NCBI GenBank assembly: GCA_040217195.1
Contig: JAVJNR010000003.1
Span: 704,001-768,000 of the forward strand
DNA from: Leptospiraceae bacterium
GTDB lineage: Bacteria; Spirochaetota; Leptospiria; Leptospirales; Leptonemataceae
Reading direction: 5' to 3'
Length of the DNA: 64,000 nt
Shown here: positions 40,478-50,757 of the stretch, piece by piece
How the letters are laid out: each line of letters opens with the position of its first letter
How positions within the stretch are numbered: position 1 is the first letter of the stretch
Notes under the pieces: generated by a model
Told to the model about the DNA's origin: nothing
The model's database searches: none
The model's input: only the letters and a program-made list of their open reading frames with translations
Position numbers and translations under genes: made by a program

Positions 40478-41410
40478 CTAGAAGTAACCTGCTCGCTTGC
40501 GCTCTTCCATGGCCGCTTCACTCCGGCGATCATCGATTCGAGCACCCCTTTCAGTAATGTCTGCAGATTTGATTTCATGAATAATATGTTTGATTTCCAC
40601 TGCATCGCTTTCAACGGCTGCCGTGCAGGTCATATCACCTACGGTTCGGAATCGAACATTTAGTTCCTGCACCTCTTCATCTGGGTCTACCTGAATAAAA
40701 TCGGACGCAGGGAAAAGATGCCCCATACGACGAATCAGTTTTCTTTTATGCGAAAAGTACAGCGATGGAAGGTCCATACCTTCTTTTAGAATATAATTCC
40801 AGACATCCAGTTCGGTCCAGTTGCTGATAGGAAATACCCGAACGTTCTCTCCTGGATGAATCTTACCATTGTAAAGGTTCCATAATTCAGGGCGCTGCAG
40901 ACGAGGATCCCATTGTCCGAATTCATCTCGCACGGAGAAAACTCGCTCTTTGGCCCTGGCCTTCTCTTCATCACGTCGTGCGCCGCCTATGCAGGCATCA
41001 AAGCCATTTTCTTCTATCGTATCCAGCAATGTGACGGTTTGCAGGCTATTGCGACTGGCATACTTGCCGGTTTCTTCTTTAACTCTACCTTTATCAATAG
41101 ATGCCTGAACGGATCCCACGATCAAACGCTCGCCTAACTGGTTGACCATATTGTCTCGAAACTCTATTGCTTCCGGGAAGTTGTGACCAGTATCGATGTG
41201 CACCAGAGGAAAAGGAAACTTGCCTGGCCGGAAAGCCTTCTCCGCCAACCGTACCAGAGTAATGGAATCCTTTCCGCCGCTGAATAACAATGCCGGTCGA
41301 TCGAATTGCGCAGCCACTTCGCGCATGATGTAGATCGCCTCAGCTTCCAGCTCCTCCAGGTGGGTTAATGTTGCCTTATCAAGTCCGTTATCTGCCTGTA
41401 CTGCTGTCAT
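40478..41410 (-). CDS. cysD: Sulfate adenylyltransferase subunit 2
   Basis: LEAEAI.I.REV, FSGGKDS, GGARRDEEKARAKER, RVFPISNWTE, MEERK..GYF. Confidence 0.97.
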   Translation of the reverse strand: MTAVQADNGLDKATLTHLEELEAEAIYIMREVAAQFDRPALLFSGGKDSITLVRLAEKAFRPGKFPFPLVHIDTGHNFPEAIEFRDNMVNQLGERLIVGSVQASIDKGRVKEETGKYASRNSLQTVTLLDTIEENGFDACIGGARRDEEKARAKERVFSVRDEFGQWDPRLQRPELWNLYNGKIHPGENVRVFPISNWTELDVWNYILKEGMDLPSLYFSHKRKLIRRMGHLFPASDFIQVDPDEEVQELNVRFRTVGDMTCTAAVESDAVEIKHIIHEIKSADITERGARIDDRRSEAAMEERKRAGYF

Positions 41411-41429
41411 AGTATTCTCCTCTGGATCG

Positions 41430-43103
41430 CTACTCTGCGATCAAAGCCTGAAATGGCTCCAGTCCAATTCGATTGCTGAAGTCTCCAAAGCTTTCGCCTT
41501 CTTTTCTATCCTTCTTCCATAAGGTGAACATTTCATCCACCAGAGATGGCAATCGCTCCACTGCCACGGTATCGGATATTTCCTGCACCAGACGGGTGCC
41601 TTCCGGGTTTCCACCCACATAAACTGCATAAATTCCTGCGCTTCGACCAACAAAGGCCAGCTCCGCCGAGTATGGTCGCGCGCAACCATTGGGACATCCT
41701 GTCATTCGCACAACCGGAGGTGAGTCTGTAAGTCCATGCTTGTCCAGGCTGCCCTGAATATCTGCCAGCAGATCCGGTAGGAACCTCTCCGCCTCGGCAA
41801 GAGCCAGGCCGCAGGTAGGTAATGCAGGACAGGCCAGAGCACGACTGTACACGGAGCCTTTAGGTGAAATAGCAAGCTGCTTATCTGCAAAGATAGCCTC
41901 AAACTTTTCCTTTGCACTCTGCGGAAGTCCCATAAACACCAGGTCCTGATCCGGAGTGATCTGAACTTCAGGCTGAAAGGTTTCAACAGCTTCTCGAATG
42001 GCCGATTTAATTGGCTCATTTTCTCGGTCAATAATCCGCCCGGAAAGGATGTGCAGCCCAAAACTCAAACTTCCATCTCTTCGCTCATGCCATCCGAGAT
42101 AGTCTACGAAATCCCAGGTAGGTTCATCGATTAAGTCCAGGGTAAAATCCAGATGTTTTTCTACTTCTGCGCGAAACCAGTCCAGACCGCGATCTTCCAG
42201 AAGGTATTTCAATCGGGCATGTTTTCTATCTTTGCGATCCCCATGTTCTTTTTGTACGGCGATGATCGCTTCGCATACAGGGATCATTCTTTCTACGGAG
42301 GACCAGCCCAGGTAGGAAGCCAATCTGGGATACGTTTTTGCATTTCGGTGGTTTTTCCCCAGGCCTCCACCAACATAATAATGATAACCGGTGATTTCAC
42401 CATTTTCGAACGTTGCTGCCAGGGCCAGATCGTTGGTGAATAGATCTATGGAATTATCGCCAGCGCGGGTCATGGCAATCTTGAACTTTCGCGGCAAATA
42501 GTTGGTTCCATAGATTGGATCCTCCTGCTCGCTCTGTGGATCCACTCTCTCTCCATCCAGCCAGATTTCTACGTATGCATTGGATTTAGCTGCAAAATGA
42601 TCTGAAATGAGATTGGAAGGCTCATCCAATTTTGCCAGCTCCGGATCCCCCAGTGGATTGGGAGCCTGGGTAACGTTTCGAACCACATCGCCGCAGGCAC
42701 AGATAGTACTGAGCATGGAGTCATGGATTCCTTTGATCAGGTCCTTCATCTTATGCTTCAATACTCCATGGTACTGAATACTCTGTCGTGTTGTGAGCCG
42801 GAGACCGCCATTTCCGTACAGATCTGCCAGCCTGTCGAATTCCAGGTACTGTTTGGCTGTCATTCGACCGCCGGGGATTCTTCCACGAATCATCATGGAA
42901 TAAGCTTTCTCCATGCCTCCGCCGCTGCGGCTTCGGGCATCCCTATCATCCTGCTGATAGATTCCATGAAACTTCAAAAGCTGGAGAGAATCCTGGTTAA
43001 AGTTCGGTGCATCATTGGCCAACTCTTCGGAAAGAGTGCCTCGCAGCCCCTGAGAGCTTTCCTTGATTTTTTCGACTTTTGATACCTGTGGTTTCTCGGA
43101 CAT
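41430..43103 (-). CDS. cysI: Sulfite reductase hemoprotein (CysI/Sir type)
   Basis: KFHGIYQQDDRD, LTTRQ, ACGDVVRN, YLPRKFK, ACPALPTCGLA, MTGCPNGC. Confidence 0.94.
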   Translation of the reverse strand: MSEKPQVSKVEKIKESSQGLRGTLSEELANDAPNFNQDSLQLLKFHGIYQQDDRDARSRSGGGMEKAYSMMIRGRIPGGRMTAKQYLEFDRLADLYGNGGLRLTTRQSIQYHGVLKHKMKDLIKGIHDSMLSTICACGDVVRNVTQAPNPLGDPELAKLDEPSNLISDHFAAKSNAYVEIWLDGERVDPQSEQEDPIYGTNYLPRKFKIAMTRAGDNSIDLFTNDLALAATFENGEITGYHYYVGGGLGKNHRNAKTYPRLASYLGWSSVERMIPVCEAIIAVQKEHGDRKDRKHARLKYLLEDRGLDWFRAEVEKHLDFTLDLIDEPTWDFVDYLGWHERRDGSLSFGLHILSGRIIDRENEPIKSAIREAVETFQPEVQITPDQDLVFMGLPQSAKEKFEAIFADKQLAISPKGSVYSRALACPALPTCGLALAEAERFLPDLLADIQGSLDKHGLTDSPPVVRMTGCPNGCARPYSAELAFVGRSAGIYAVYVGGNPEGTRLVQEISDTVAVERLPSLVDEMFTLWKKDRKEGESFGDFSNRIGLEPFQALIAE

Positions 43104-43175
43104 TCTTGCCTGCCTGTACTCCTGTTTTGTGACAGAGAAGTAATCCCATGGGCAAGATCAAGAAAAAAAGACAGT

Positions 43176-43198
43176 ATTCCTATCAAAAAAGTAGGAAT
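43176..43198. promoter_or_regulatory. Palindromic operator upstream of cysI
   Basis: ATTCCTA-N9-TAGGAAT; a near copy lies upstream of cysH. Confidence 0.75.
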
Positions 43199-43525
43199 TA
43201 AGCGGAATCCGCCTGAGCGGCCTTCTGAGTATACTATGAGGCTATTCTGAGGCTAATCTGAACAATGGGAAAATAGACAGGATGGAAAAATAGGAGCAGA
43301 AAGTTACCTCTTTGCCGGCAAAAGGGGCGGAGTAAATACTAAATTCCACGACTGAAGGGCCTGCTGGATCATCCTGTGGCAGGCTCGCAGACAGCGCGGC
43401 AGTCAGCATTGCAGAAGCGAGCCAGGGGTCGCTCGGTCCGGCAAAGTCCTATGTCCCTGCCCAGGAGGATCTGAATATTTTAGAACCAGGTGCGCTGAGA
43501 CCTGGACTGCGCATTCCATTCAGAT

Positions 43526-44635
43526 TCAAATTCTAAGTGGCACAGAGAAGGATACGATGACTCCGGTCAGAGAATACCTGAATCCGTCGCGGTTGAAGAT
43601 GGGCCCACCCAGAGCTACACGAATAGTAGCATACTCCCAGACATACTCTCCATGAAGAAAATAGGAAGGGACAAAATCCTCCCGGAAATCGACTTGAAGG
43701 TTGGCCAGACCTACCGCTCCCACAGCTTCCAGTGGAGTGAGCAATAGATCTCCAGGGGCCTGACCGCTGGTCAGGTAGTTAATCAGAAATAGCGTTGTAA
43801 TATCGGTTTTGATATCCCCTCGGGCCATCAAATAGGTTCCCATCCGTTCCAGGCCGCCCGGCTGCTGCAACCCAAGTAGTAGAGATCCGTACACAGGATC
43901 TCCTCGAGTAAAGTCGATGCTACCCTGCACAATGGTATTGAATTGCAGGTCCCGGGTCATTGTGGCTCGATCCTGGGAAAGAAAGAGAGGAGCCAGAGTC
44001 AAACCGCTATCCAGCGCCGCCGTACCCCTCAAGCGCACCACGGACGGTCCATACCCCAGACCAAAACGAAATCCTTCTTCCTCGCCATTTACGTTGTAAT
44101 ATACCACTGGAACCGTAAGTGCATAGTATCCCCTCATTCTGGTTCCCAGATCCTCAATGACAGTTTGAGACGATTCGCTTCCATCGTCGGCAGTAACCCT
44201 TTCCTGGTAACTTTGATACCCCAGATCAAAGCTTCGAGTATGAGCCAGTAAATGAACTCCCCAGTGTTGGGTAATTGGGTAGTCCCTGGATTTTATATCC
44301 AGCATCCAGTCCAGTTTGGTCCATGGGTTTTCATTTACAAGAGTTGCATTGCTTCCTGAACGATAACCCAGTCCGGAAATACTGACGTTGCTGGTTGATA
44401 CCAGAAAGCCAGGATTTAGCCGGACCCAGTAATCATCCATAACCTCTTTTCTTTTTGCTTCTCGTTCTTCCCGCTCCCGCTGTCTTCGTTCGGCATCTTC
44501 CTGCTTTTCGCGCTCAGTCTGTTCCGGCTCTTGAATCAAGGTTGGATCAAAGGCCTGAGCCGGGATAGCCGTGCTGCATAACAAACTAGAAGTGAGCACC
44601 GATAAAATGATAAGATTTTTATATCTGAATTGCAT
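43526..44635 (-). CDS. Hypothetical exported protein, possibly outer membrane
   Basis: Signal peptide ending AQA, charged coil, alternating beta-like segments at the C-terminus. Confidence 0.7.
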   Translation of the reverse strand: MQFRYKNLIILSVLTSSLLCSTAIPAQAFDPTLIQEPEQTEREKQEDAERRQREREEREAKRKEVMDDYWVRLNPGFLVSTSNVSISGLGYRSGSNATLVNENPWTKLDWMLDIKSRDYPITQHWGVHLLAHTRSFDLGYQSYQERVTADDGSESSQTVIEDLGTRMRGYYALTVPVVYYNVNGEEEGFRFGLGYGPSVVRLRGTAALDSGLTLAPLFLSQDRATMTRDLQFNTIVQGSIDFTRGDPVYGSLLLGLQQPGGLERMGTYLMARGDIKTDITTLFLINYLTSGQAPGDLLLTPLEAVGAVGLANLQVDFREDFVPSYFLHGEYVWEYATIRVALGGPIFNRDGFRYSLTGVIVSFSVPLRI

Positions 44636-44722
44636 CCTGTCTAACTCCCTGCGCTTGTCTTACACGAAATGGCAGTCGATACTGCAAACCTTCTATTCCT
44701 GGGTTCTCAACCAGAGAAATGC

Positions 44723-45343
44723 CTAATCCGATTGCGGCTTCAACCGAAGACTTCCTCTCTGTCCCATACTTTCCGCCGCTGACACGATTGAAAGACTCAG
44801 ACTCAGTCGAGCTCTACCATATTGCCCATTCTGTTCGCGATAATTGAGCACCGGAAAAGCCACAGAACTATTCCAGGTTACTCTTTCCAGGTCCGCAAGA
44901 ATACGTACGGACTTTCTAGTTTGCGGATTTATGATCTGAATTGTGCTTCTGTGTATTTGCGTTTCCGTGTAGGGGATAACGGAGAAGGAAATCAGGGAAA
45001 GTATGACCCAGCCCATTCTCCAATCTTCCTCCTCGGTCCCTGTATCCACACTGCCATATTTTTCCAGTAATAATACAACATCGCAGGATAGCCCCTGTTG
45101 CTGCTCTCTCTGCACTTCCAGGTCAGCCCCAAGAGGTATCAACGTATGACCTCTTGCCTGTAATAGATTCACGACTTCGTAATGCCTGGTCATTCCCAGA
45201 GTGCAAACATTGAGCGAACGGACACTTCGCTCCGGGCTTTCCAGAAGAATACCTTCAGAGGACTCCACCCGCGGATAGTATATCGCCGAAGCACAACTTC
45301 CCAGAAACAATGCGAGAAGACAAAAGCAGCCGAACCGAATCAT
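44723..45343 (-). CDS. Hypothetical lipoprotein
   Basis: Lipobox LFLGSC; 4-bp overlap with the upstream ORF. Confidence 0.7.
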   Translation of the reverse strand: MIRFGCFCLLALFLGSCASAIYYPRVESSEGILLESPERSVRSLNVCTLGMTRHYEVVNLLQARGHTLIPLGADLEVQREQQQGLSCDVVLLLEKYGSVDTGTEEEDWRMGWVILSLISFSVIPYTETQIHRSTIQIINPQTRKSVRILADLERVTWNSSVAFPVLNYREQNGQYGRARLSLSLSIVSAAESMGQRGSLRLKPQSD

Positions 45344-46095
45344 GGAGTACGCCCCTGAAAATTGTGGGGCAACTGGTATTGGAAATCCAGGCCCTCCAGT
45401 AAATCATTGTTATCCTGACTATAGCGAACCCTTCTATCAAACCGGATTTCCCACTCAGAGCCGTAGCTGAGCCTCAATGGATAAGATCCATCGGGTACGG
45501 CGCAGGTAATTCGGGCCCTGGTCTTCCTTTCTGGCCACAACCAGAGAGCCGGTCCCTCATGGGGCAATGTTCCAGGTCCTGCCGGCGCATAACCGAACCG
45601 ACAGCGGCCAAGCCAGATTCCATCCTTAAGATGGGTTTCCACCATAAAATCGGATTGGGCCAGATCATCCATCCCCAGCTCCAGCCGCAAAAGACCAACT
45701 GTTGATTGAAATTTTTCATAATTGATCTGGGCTTTTTCTTCAGGCTTCGCACGAGACAGGCCTGTATCGCGCATCATAGTGATAAATTCCGATCTCATAT
45801 TCTGGTCATTGGTGCTACAGTTGAAGATACGTAAGCCATTACCCAGATGCTCCAGTTCGAGATGAATATGAAGCTGATGCTGACCAAAGTAATGGTAATC
45901 CCTGTGATAAAGCTCCTCGGCGCCCAGAAGCCGGGCCCTGAAGGATTGACCGCTCCATTCGCGTTCTGCGGGGACATAAAGTCGGCCTGTGCGATGTATG
46001 CCACTGGCCGTGGGCGAGCAACTTACCAGGACTGTTCCCAGCATCAGAATTACAGCCATGAAACCAGGGTGTCTTGTTAGGGGAGCTACATGCAT
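45340..46095 (-). CDS. Hypothetical lipoprotein
   Basis: Lipobox VLVSC; AGAGG RBS upstream. Confidence 0.7.
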   Translation of the reverse strand: MHVAPLTRHPGFMAVILMLGTVLVSCSPTASGIHRTGRLYVPAEREWSGQSFRARLLGAEELYHRDYHYFGQHQLHIHLELEHLGNGLRIFNCSTNDQNMRSEFITMMRDTGLSRAKPEEKAQINYEKFQSTVGLLRLELGMDDLAQSDFMVETHLKDGIWLGRCRFGYAPAGPGTLPHEGPALWLWPERKTRARITCAVPDGSYPLRLSYGSEWEIRFDRRVRYSQDNNDLLEGLDFQYQLPHNFQGRTP

Positions 46096-46285
46096 TTATA
46101 CCTCTCTTAGATCGCCAGCTCCCGGGCGCGAAAACCATAGATACATTCCAGCAATCGGTGAGCTATTTGAAAAACCCGGATGAAAGCGAAACGGAGCGCA
46201 ACGTACGTAGGCCCCTGGTTAATAAAAGTATGAGACGGGTAAGCGAAAGGTTGATTAGTGATATTGTTGGCCCGGTGCACCAAAC

Positions 46286-46313
46286 ACAAAAGGGGGCCTT
46301 CACCCCCTTTTGT
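46286..46313 (-). terminator. Terminator of the ferredoxin gene, possibly bidirectional
   Basis: ACAAAAGGGGG-CCTTCA-CCCCCTTTTGT. Confidence 0.85.
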
Positions 46314-46339
46314 CCAGAAAAATAGCTTACTTAGTTGGT

Positions 46340-46621
46340 CTATAGACCGTAGTATTCATAGTTTTTCTTGATATAGGATTCCCATTTTTCCGGTACTTCA
46401 TCCTCCGGAAAAATGGCCTGCACTGGACAGGCTGGTTCGCATGCTCCGCAATCGATACATTCTTCTGGATTGATGTAGAGCATTTTACCTTCCAGTTTGC
46501 CCTCTTCGTAGCCTTTTGCGGGCCACTCCTCTTTCGTAGGGTGAATGCAGTCCACAGGACATACGTTCACGCAGGAAGTATCACATACTCCCTCACAGGG
46601 CTCGGTAATAATAAATGCCAT
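46340..46621 (-). CDS. Dicluster ferredoxin (FdxA-like)
   Basis: C..VCD.SCV.VCPVDCI, CIDCGACEPACP; GGAGG RBS. Confidence 0.95.
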   Translation of the reverse strand: MAFIITEPCEGVCDTSCVNVCPVDCIHPTKEEWPAKGYEEGKLEGKMLYINPEECIDCGACEPACPVQAIFPEDEVPEKWESYIKKNYEYYGL

Positions 46622-46739
46622 ATTTTCCTCCTGGATATGGTCTTCTGACCAAACAGAAACTCCAGGGTCAAATTAGTGGTGCCCATCCAATTTTTCCACC
46701 ACAATCAAACCGGGACCTGCAAAAACGAAATTCCGGAAT

Positions 46740-48275
46740 TCAGCCGGCCCGGCCGGCCATCCTATCCTCCCTGGGGGACAATGGCTCCAGGGTTACCAGG
46801 TCTTGCCTCACTAGATTGTAAGCATTTAAATCCAGATTCCTGGTTGCCTGGCGGAAAGATAAAGTAGACCCGGGCCACAATACTCGGTTCTCCCCTTTTT
46901 CATTCAGATACCAGCTTATACAACCGCTGGTCCATTTGGTATTTTTCATCCTTTCCTGAATGGTCTTATTGAATGTCCGGTCATGTTCGCTCCTAACATC
47001 CAGATAATGATCCGGATATTTGCGAAGGGTCTTCAGATAGTCCGCCAGATAATTGGACTGAGATTCCATCATATGTACCATGGAGTTGTGTCCCAGGCCA
47101 GTATTTGGGCCCAGAAAGAATAGTAGATTGGGAAAGCCTGTGATAGTCGTTCCCAGATAAGCATGCATCCCATTGAGAGACCAGTATTCCTTTAAGCTCT
47201 GTCCACCAGGTCCTAGAATATCCAGATCCAGGTTCCGATGCATGTTCGCCACATGAAATCCGGTGCAAAAGATTAGTGCATCTGCCCGAGCCCGTTCGCC
47301 ATTGCTGGCGATCACCTGATTGCCTTCAATTCGAGCTACTGATGAGTCTATTACCCGGGCATGGTCTGTGGCAAGAGCCGGATAATAATCATCAGACAAT
47401 AGAACTCTCTTGCAGCCTATTCGATAATCCGGAGTGAGCTTTTGAATGAGCTCTGGATCCCGAATGGCTTTCTTTATATGTCTGAGAGCCACCCGCCTCG
47501 CCAGATGATTCAGAGTTTCGCTTCCATAGATAACTGGACCGGCAATAAGTTCATTGTAAGCGTAGATCTTCAAACGATGGAGCTTCTGAAGCAATGGAAA
47601 GAGATCAAACAATCCCTGCAGTAAGGATCCCACCGGTTTGTCCTTTCGGGGAGTAACATAGGCCGCTGTCCGCTGAAATAGATTCAGCTCCTTCACTTCA
47701 TCAATTATTCCTGGAACTACCTGTATGGCGCTGGCCCCGGTTCCCACCACAGCCACTCTCTTTCCTCGCAGGTCTACATCATGATTCCAGCGAGCGGAAT
47801 GAAAGACCGGACCCGGGAATTCTCTTAATCCGGGTATATCAGGTATAGAAGGGCGATTCAACGGGCCTATGGCCAGAACCAGAATTCGAGCTTCCAGTTC
47901 CATCCCCTTAGTTTTGATTTTCCAGCGGCCGGAAACGGAGTCGAATCTAGCTTCTTGCACTGCGCTGTTAAAACGAATATGCTGCCTTAGCCCCAGATTT
48001 CTGGAACAGTCCTGCAAGTACTCCAGTATTTCAGGCTGGGTGGCATATAATCGTGACCAGTTACTCCTTGGTGCAAAGGAATAAGAATATAGATTGGATT
48101 TCACGTCGCAGGCGCAACCCGGATAGGTATTTTCTCTCCAGGTGCCACCCACTTCATCTGCCTTTTCCAGAATCAGAAACGATTCGCATCCTTCTCTTTT
48201 CAACCGCGCTGCAGCAGCCATCCCGGAAAACCCGGCACCTACAATGATTACTTCCAGAACATTCTCACTCTGCAT
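46740..48275 (-). CDS. Flavin-containing (Baeyer-Villiger type) monooxygenase
   Basis: GAGFSG, GGTW..NTYPG..CD, FHSARW fingerprint, GTGASA, GCKR. Confidence 0.93.
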   Translation of the reverse strand: MQSENVLEVIIVGAGFSGMAAAARLKREGCESFLILEKADEVGGTWRENTYPGCACDVKSNLYSYSFAPRSNWSRLYATQPEILEYLQDCSRNLGLRQHIRFNSAVQEARFDSVSGRWKIKTKGMELEARILVLAIGPLNRPSIPDIPGLREFPGPVFHSARWNHDVDLRGKRVAVVGTGASAIQVVPGIIDEVKELNLFQRTAAYVTPRKDKPVGSLLQGLFDLFPLLQKLHRLKIYAYNELIAGPVIYGSETLNHLARRVALRHIKKAIRDPELIQKLTPDYRIGCKRVLLSDDYYPALATDHARVIDSSVARIEGNQVIASNGERARADALIFCTGFHVANMHRNLDLDILGPGGQSLKEYWSLNGMHAYLGTTITGFPNLLFFLGPNTGLGHNSMVHMMESQSNYLADYLKTLRKYPDHYLDVRSEHDRTFNKTIQERMKNTKWTSGCISWYLNEKGENRVLWPGSTLSFRQATRNLDLNAYNLVRQDLVTLEPLSPREDRMAGRAG

Positions 48276-48345
48276 CCGATCCACCTCATAGTTGAATTCT
48301 TTTTTCAAACCATGTGAAGTATAGATCAAACACGGGTGTTAAACA

Positions 48346-48383
48346 ACCGGTCTTATAATACAGTCCCTGCATCTTATAAGTCC
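48346..48383. promoter_or_regulatory. Candidate AraC-family binding site
   Basis: ACCGGTCTTATAA plus a second TCTTATAA 21 bp downstream; similar site at 50697. Confidence 0.6.
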
Positions 48384-48433
48384 TACCGAAAAAGACTTGT
48401 GCCCGTGCTTCAGAAAATACCTCATCTAGCGAG

Positions 48434-49561
48434 ATGGAGCTGCTCAATACTATAAGCCTGCAGTTCATATACTTTGGAGCCGGGCTTTCTGTCCTGATGG
48501 TAATTGGACAGCTATACTATAGTCGCCAGGAAGAAGCAGCGCCCTCCAATCCCTATCTGAGTCTTATTGGAATTACGGCCTTTTCTATTCTGACTCGTAT
48601 AGCACTCTACCTGGAGCAATTTGGACCGAACAGCTGGTGGTATTTCACCCTCTTTGCTTTCGTCTTCGCCAGTGGCCCTCTATTGATGCAAATGGCCCGA
48701 CGGATGATCGATGCAGCGTTTGATGGAGATCCACCTAAGCCGGCCAGAAATCCCTGGTTTCGCAGTAAATGGTATTTTGCCCCTCTACTGCCGGTTCTGG
48801 GCGTGGAGCTACACTTTCAGCTTCAGCCCGCAGACGATAAGAATGCCATACTGAAAACCATTTATACGGAACTGGGCGCAAACAGTGTTGATATAGGTCT
48901 TATACTGGGAATTCTGCAGACCATACTCTGCCTTGCTTTGCTCACATATTTCGTTTATCGAACGGGAAAGGAGTACAACCTGAGCGATACAACAAGAGCC
49001 CTGAGTATTTTTATTCTACCGTTACTGGCTTCCATTTCTCTTCTGGCTGGCTATTCGCTTAAGATTCTCTGGGCCGTGCACATGGGAGGATGGCTCATAT
49101 CGCTGACCATTGTTCTATCCTTTCTCTATATGCTTCGGTACCCGAACTTCTTTCAATCCATGAAGCGAGAAATCCAGAAAGAAAGATATGCCAGAACTCA
49201 GTTAACCGGACTGGATGTGCCCAGAGTTCTAAAACAGCTGGAAAGTCTCATGGAGAATCAGAAGTTATTTCTGGATCCTGATCTTAGGTTGTCGGATCTG
49301 GCAGATGAACTGGAAATGTCATCGCATCAGCTTTCCAGGATCCTCAACGAAACCTTCAGTCAGAATTTCAATGCATTCATAAACTCTTACAGAATTGCAG
49401 AAGCCAGAGAACAACTCATTCAGGAGCCGGAAAAAACCGTTCTGGCCATTGCATTCGATGTGGGCTTCAATACCAAATCGGCCTTCAATGATCAGTTCTC
49501 AAGAATTACAGGGATGACTCCTGCAAGATTCAGAAAGAAGCAATCGAAAACCAAGCATTAG
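48434..49561 (+). CDS. Membrane-anchored AraC-family regulator
   Basis: About 7 TM helices, then L.L.DLA......HQLS..LN, F..FIN.YRI.EA, IAFDVGFNTKSAFN. Confidence 0.93.
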   Translation: MELLNTISLQFIYFGAGLSVLMVIGQLYYSRQEEAAPSNPYLSLIGITAFSILTRIALYLEQFGPNSWWYFTLFAFVFASGPLLMQMARRMIDAAFDGDPPKPARNPWFRSKWYFAPLLPVLGVELHFQLQPADDKNAILKTIYTELGANSVDIGLILGILQTILCLALLTYFVYRTGKEYNLSDTTRALSIFILPLLASISLLAGYSLKILWAVHMGGWLISLTIVLSFLYMLRYPNFFQSMKREIQKERYARTQLTGLDVPRVLKQLESLMENQKLFLDPDLRLSDLADELEMSSHQLSRILNETFSQNFNAFINSYRIAEAREQLIQEPEKTVLAIAFDVGFNTKSAFNDQFSRITGMTPARFRKKQSKTKH

Positions 49562-49750
49562 CGTAAAGCGAACGACCACTGATAGCCCGGCATTAATAAA
49601 TCCTAAATCGAGAAGTGATAGGCTCTGGAAATCTTCGCTGCAGATCCGGGCATTAGAAAATGCATCCCGTGCCGGTTCGAGATGAACCGGGATGCTTCAA
49701 AGTTTCATGACCGAAAGACAGATAAACAGATTCTATGATACAGCAGAATT

Positions 49751-50626
49751 CTAAGCCGCCGCTTCTTCAGACACAGGAAGACCCTGATCTCGAAGTTTCT
49801 GGGCTGCTATCATTCGATTTTTATGATCATCTGGATGGAAACCTGGTCGCAAATAGTCCATTAATCTAAGTGGCAGGGCCAGAAAGAATCGATACCCTCC
49901 GCGACGCATAAAGCGAATAAAATCTCGATGGAAGCTCCAATAGTTTGCATTTGGATCATGCTTTACCATGAAGCGTGTGCCTCGGGCTGTAAAACTGAGC
50001 AATTGAACGGTTGCCATCATAAAGCCAGCAATCCTTTTGAAATATCCAGGACTCACATCTTGCATTACATCGTATGCTACAGATTTATGCTCAATTTCCT
50101 CGCAAGCATGCCAGTACAGAAGATCTCTCATATCCTGCGGCATTTCATATTCGAGCACTCCGGAATCGAAAACTGCCTGAGCCAGAGTAGCTGTATAATG
50201 CTCCAGAGCCACTGTATTGGCCAGAGATAACCAGGGACCAATACGGCGATTAACAAAACCTTCCAGTCTTTGATAGGCGCTCTGCCTGTAGGCATTCAGG
50301 AAATCATCCACCGGAAATCCCTGCTTTCGCAAAGTGTCCCAGGCCCTTTCATGGGCTACACCATGTTGAATCTCCTGGGCCATGAAGAGTCTGACCTGTT
50401 TTTTAAGCTCCGGATCCTGTATCTGTTTTCGATAGTGATTTACGCTTCGAATAAAGAATCTTTCCCCATCTGGAAAGATCAGATGCAAACTGTTGAGTAC
50501 GTGAGTGGCTGCGATGTTGCCTGCAAACCAGTGCCTGTCCATGGCACCTCCGCCATAGGGAACTCGCCTTTCTCTTATCTCCACCTGCCGGGTTCTTTCT
50601 TTGCTGGATCGTTTAAACAAATTCAT
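49751..50626 (-). CDS. Predicted metal-dependent hydrolase (ferritin-like, Metal_hydrol family)
   Basis: FPDGERFFI.SV, F.AQE..H...H, LEHYTA, WHACEEIEHKSVAYDV, PGFHP. Confidence 0.9.
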   Translation of the reverse strand: MNLFKRSSKERTRQVEIRERRVPYGGGAMDRHWFAGNIAATHVLNSLHLIFPDGERFFIRSVNHYRKQIQDPELKKQVRLFMAQEIQHGVAHERAWDTLRKQGFPVDDFLNAYRQSAYQRLEGFVNRRIGPWLSLANTVALEHYTATLAQAVFDSGVLEYEMPQDMRDLLYWHACEEIEHKSVAYDVMQDVSPGYFKRIAGFMMATVQLLSFTARGTRFMVKHDPNANYWSFHRDFIRFMRRGGYRFFLALPLRLMDYLRPGFHPDDHKNRMIAAQKLRDQGLPVSEEAAA

Positions 50627-50696
50627 AATTCCTCCCTTCGGATCTAATCCAAATGGCTGTTAGAGGCAATTATGCACTGAATCCGAAGAAACTGCG

Positions 50697-50709
50697 ACCG
50701 GACTTATAA
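50697..50709. promoter_or_regulatory. Second candidate AraC-family site
   Basis: ACCGGACTTATAA, 71 bp from the hydrolase start codon. Confidence 0.55.
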
Positions 50710-50757
50710 GAAATGGGTCTGAATCCGAGGATTTCGGACTTCTGCAAAAGAGAAGAA

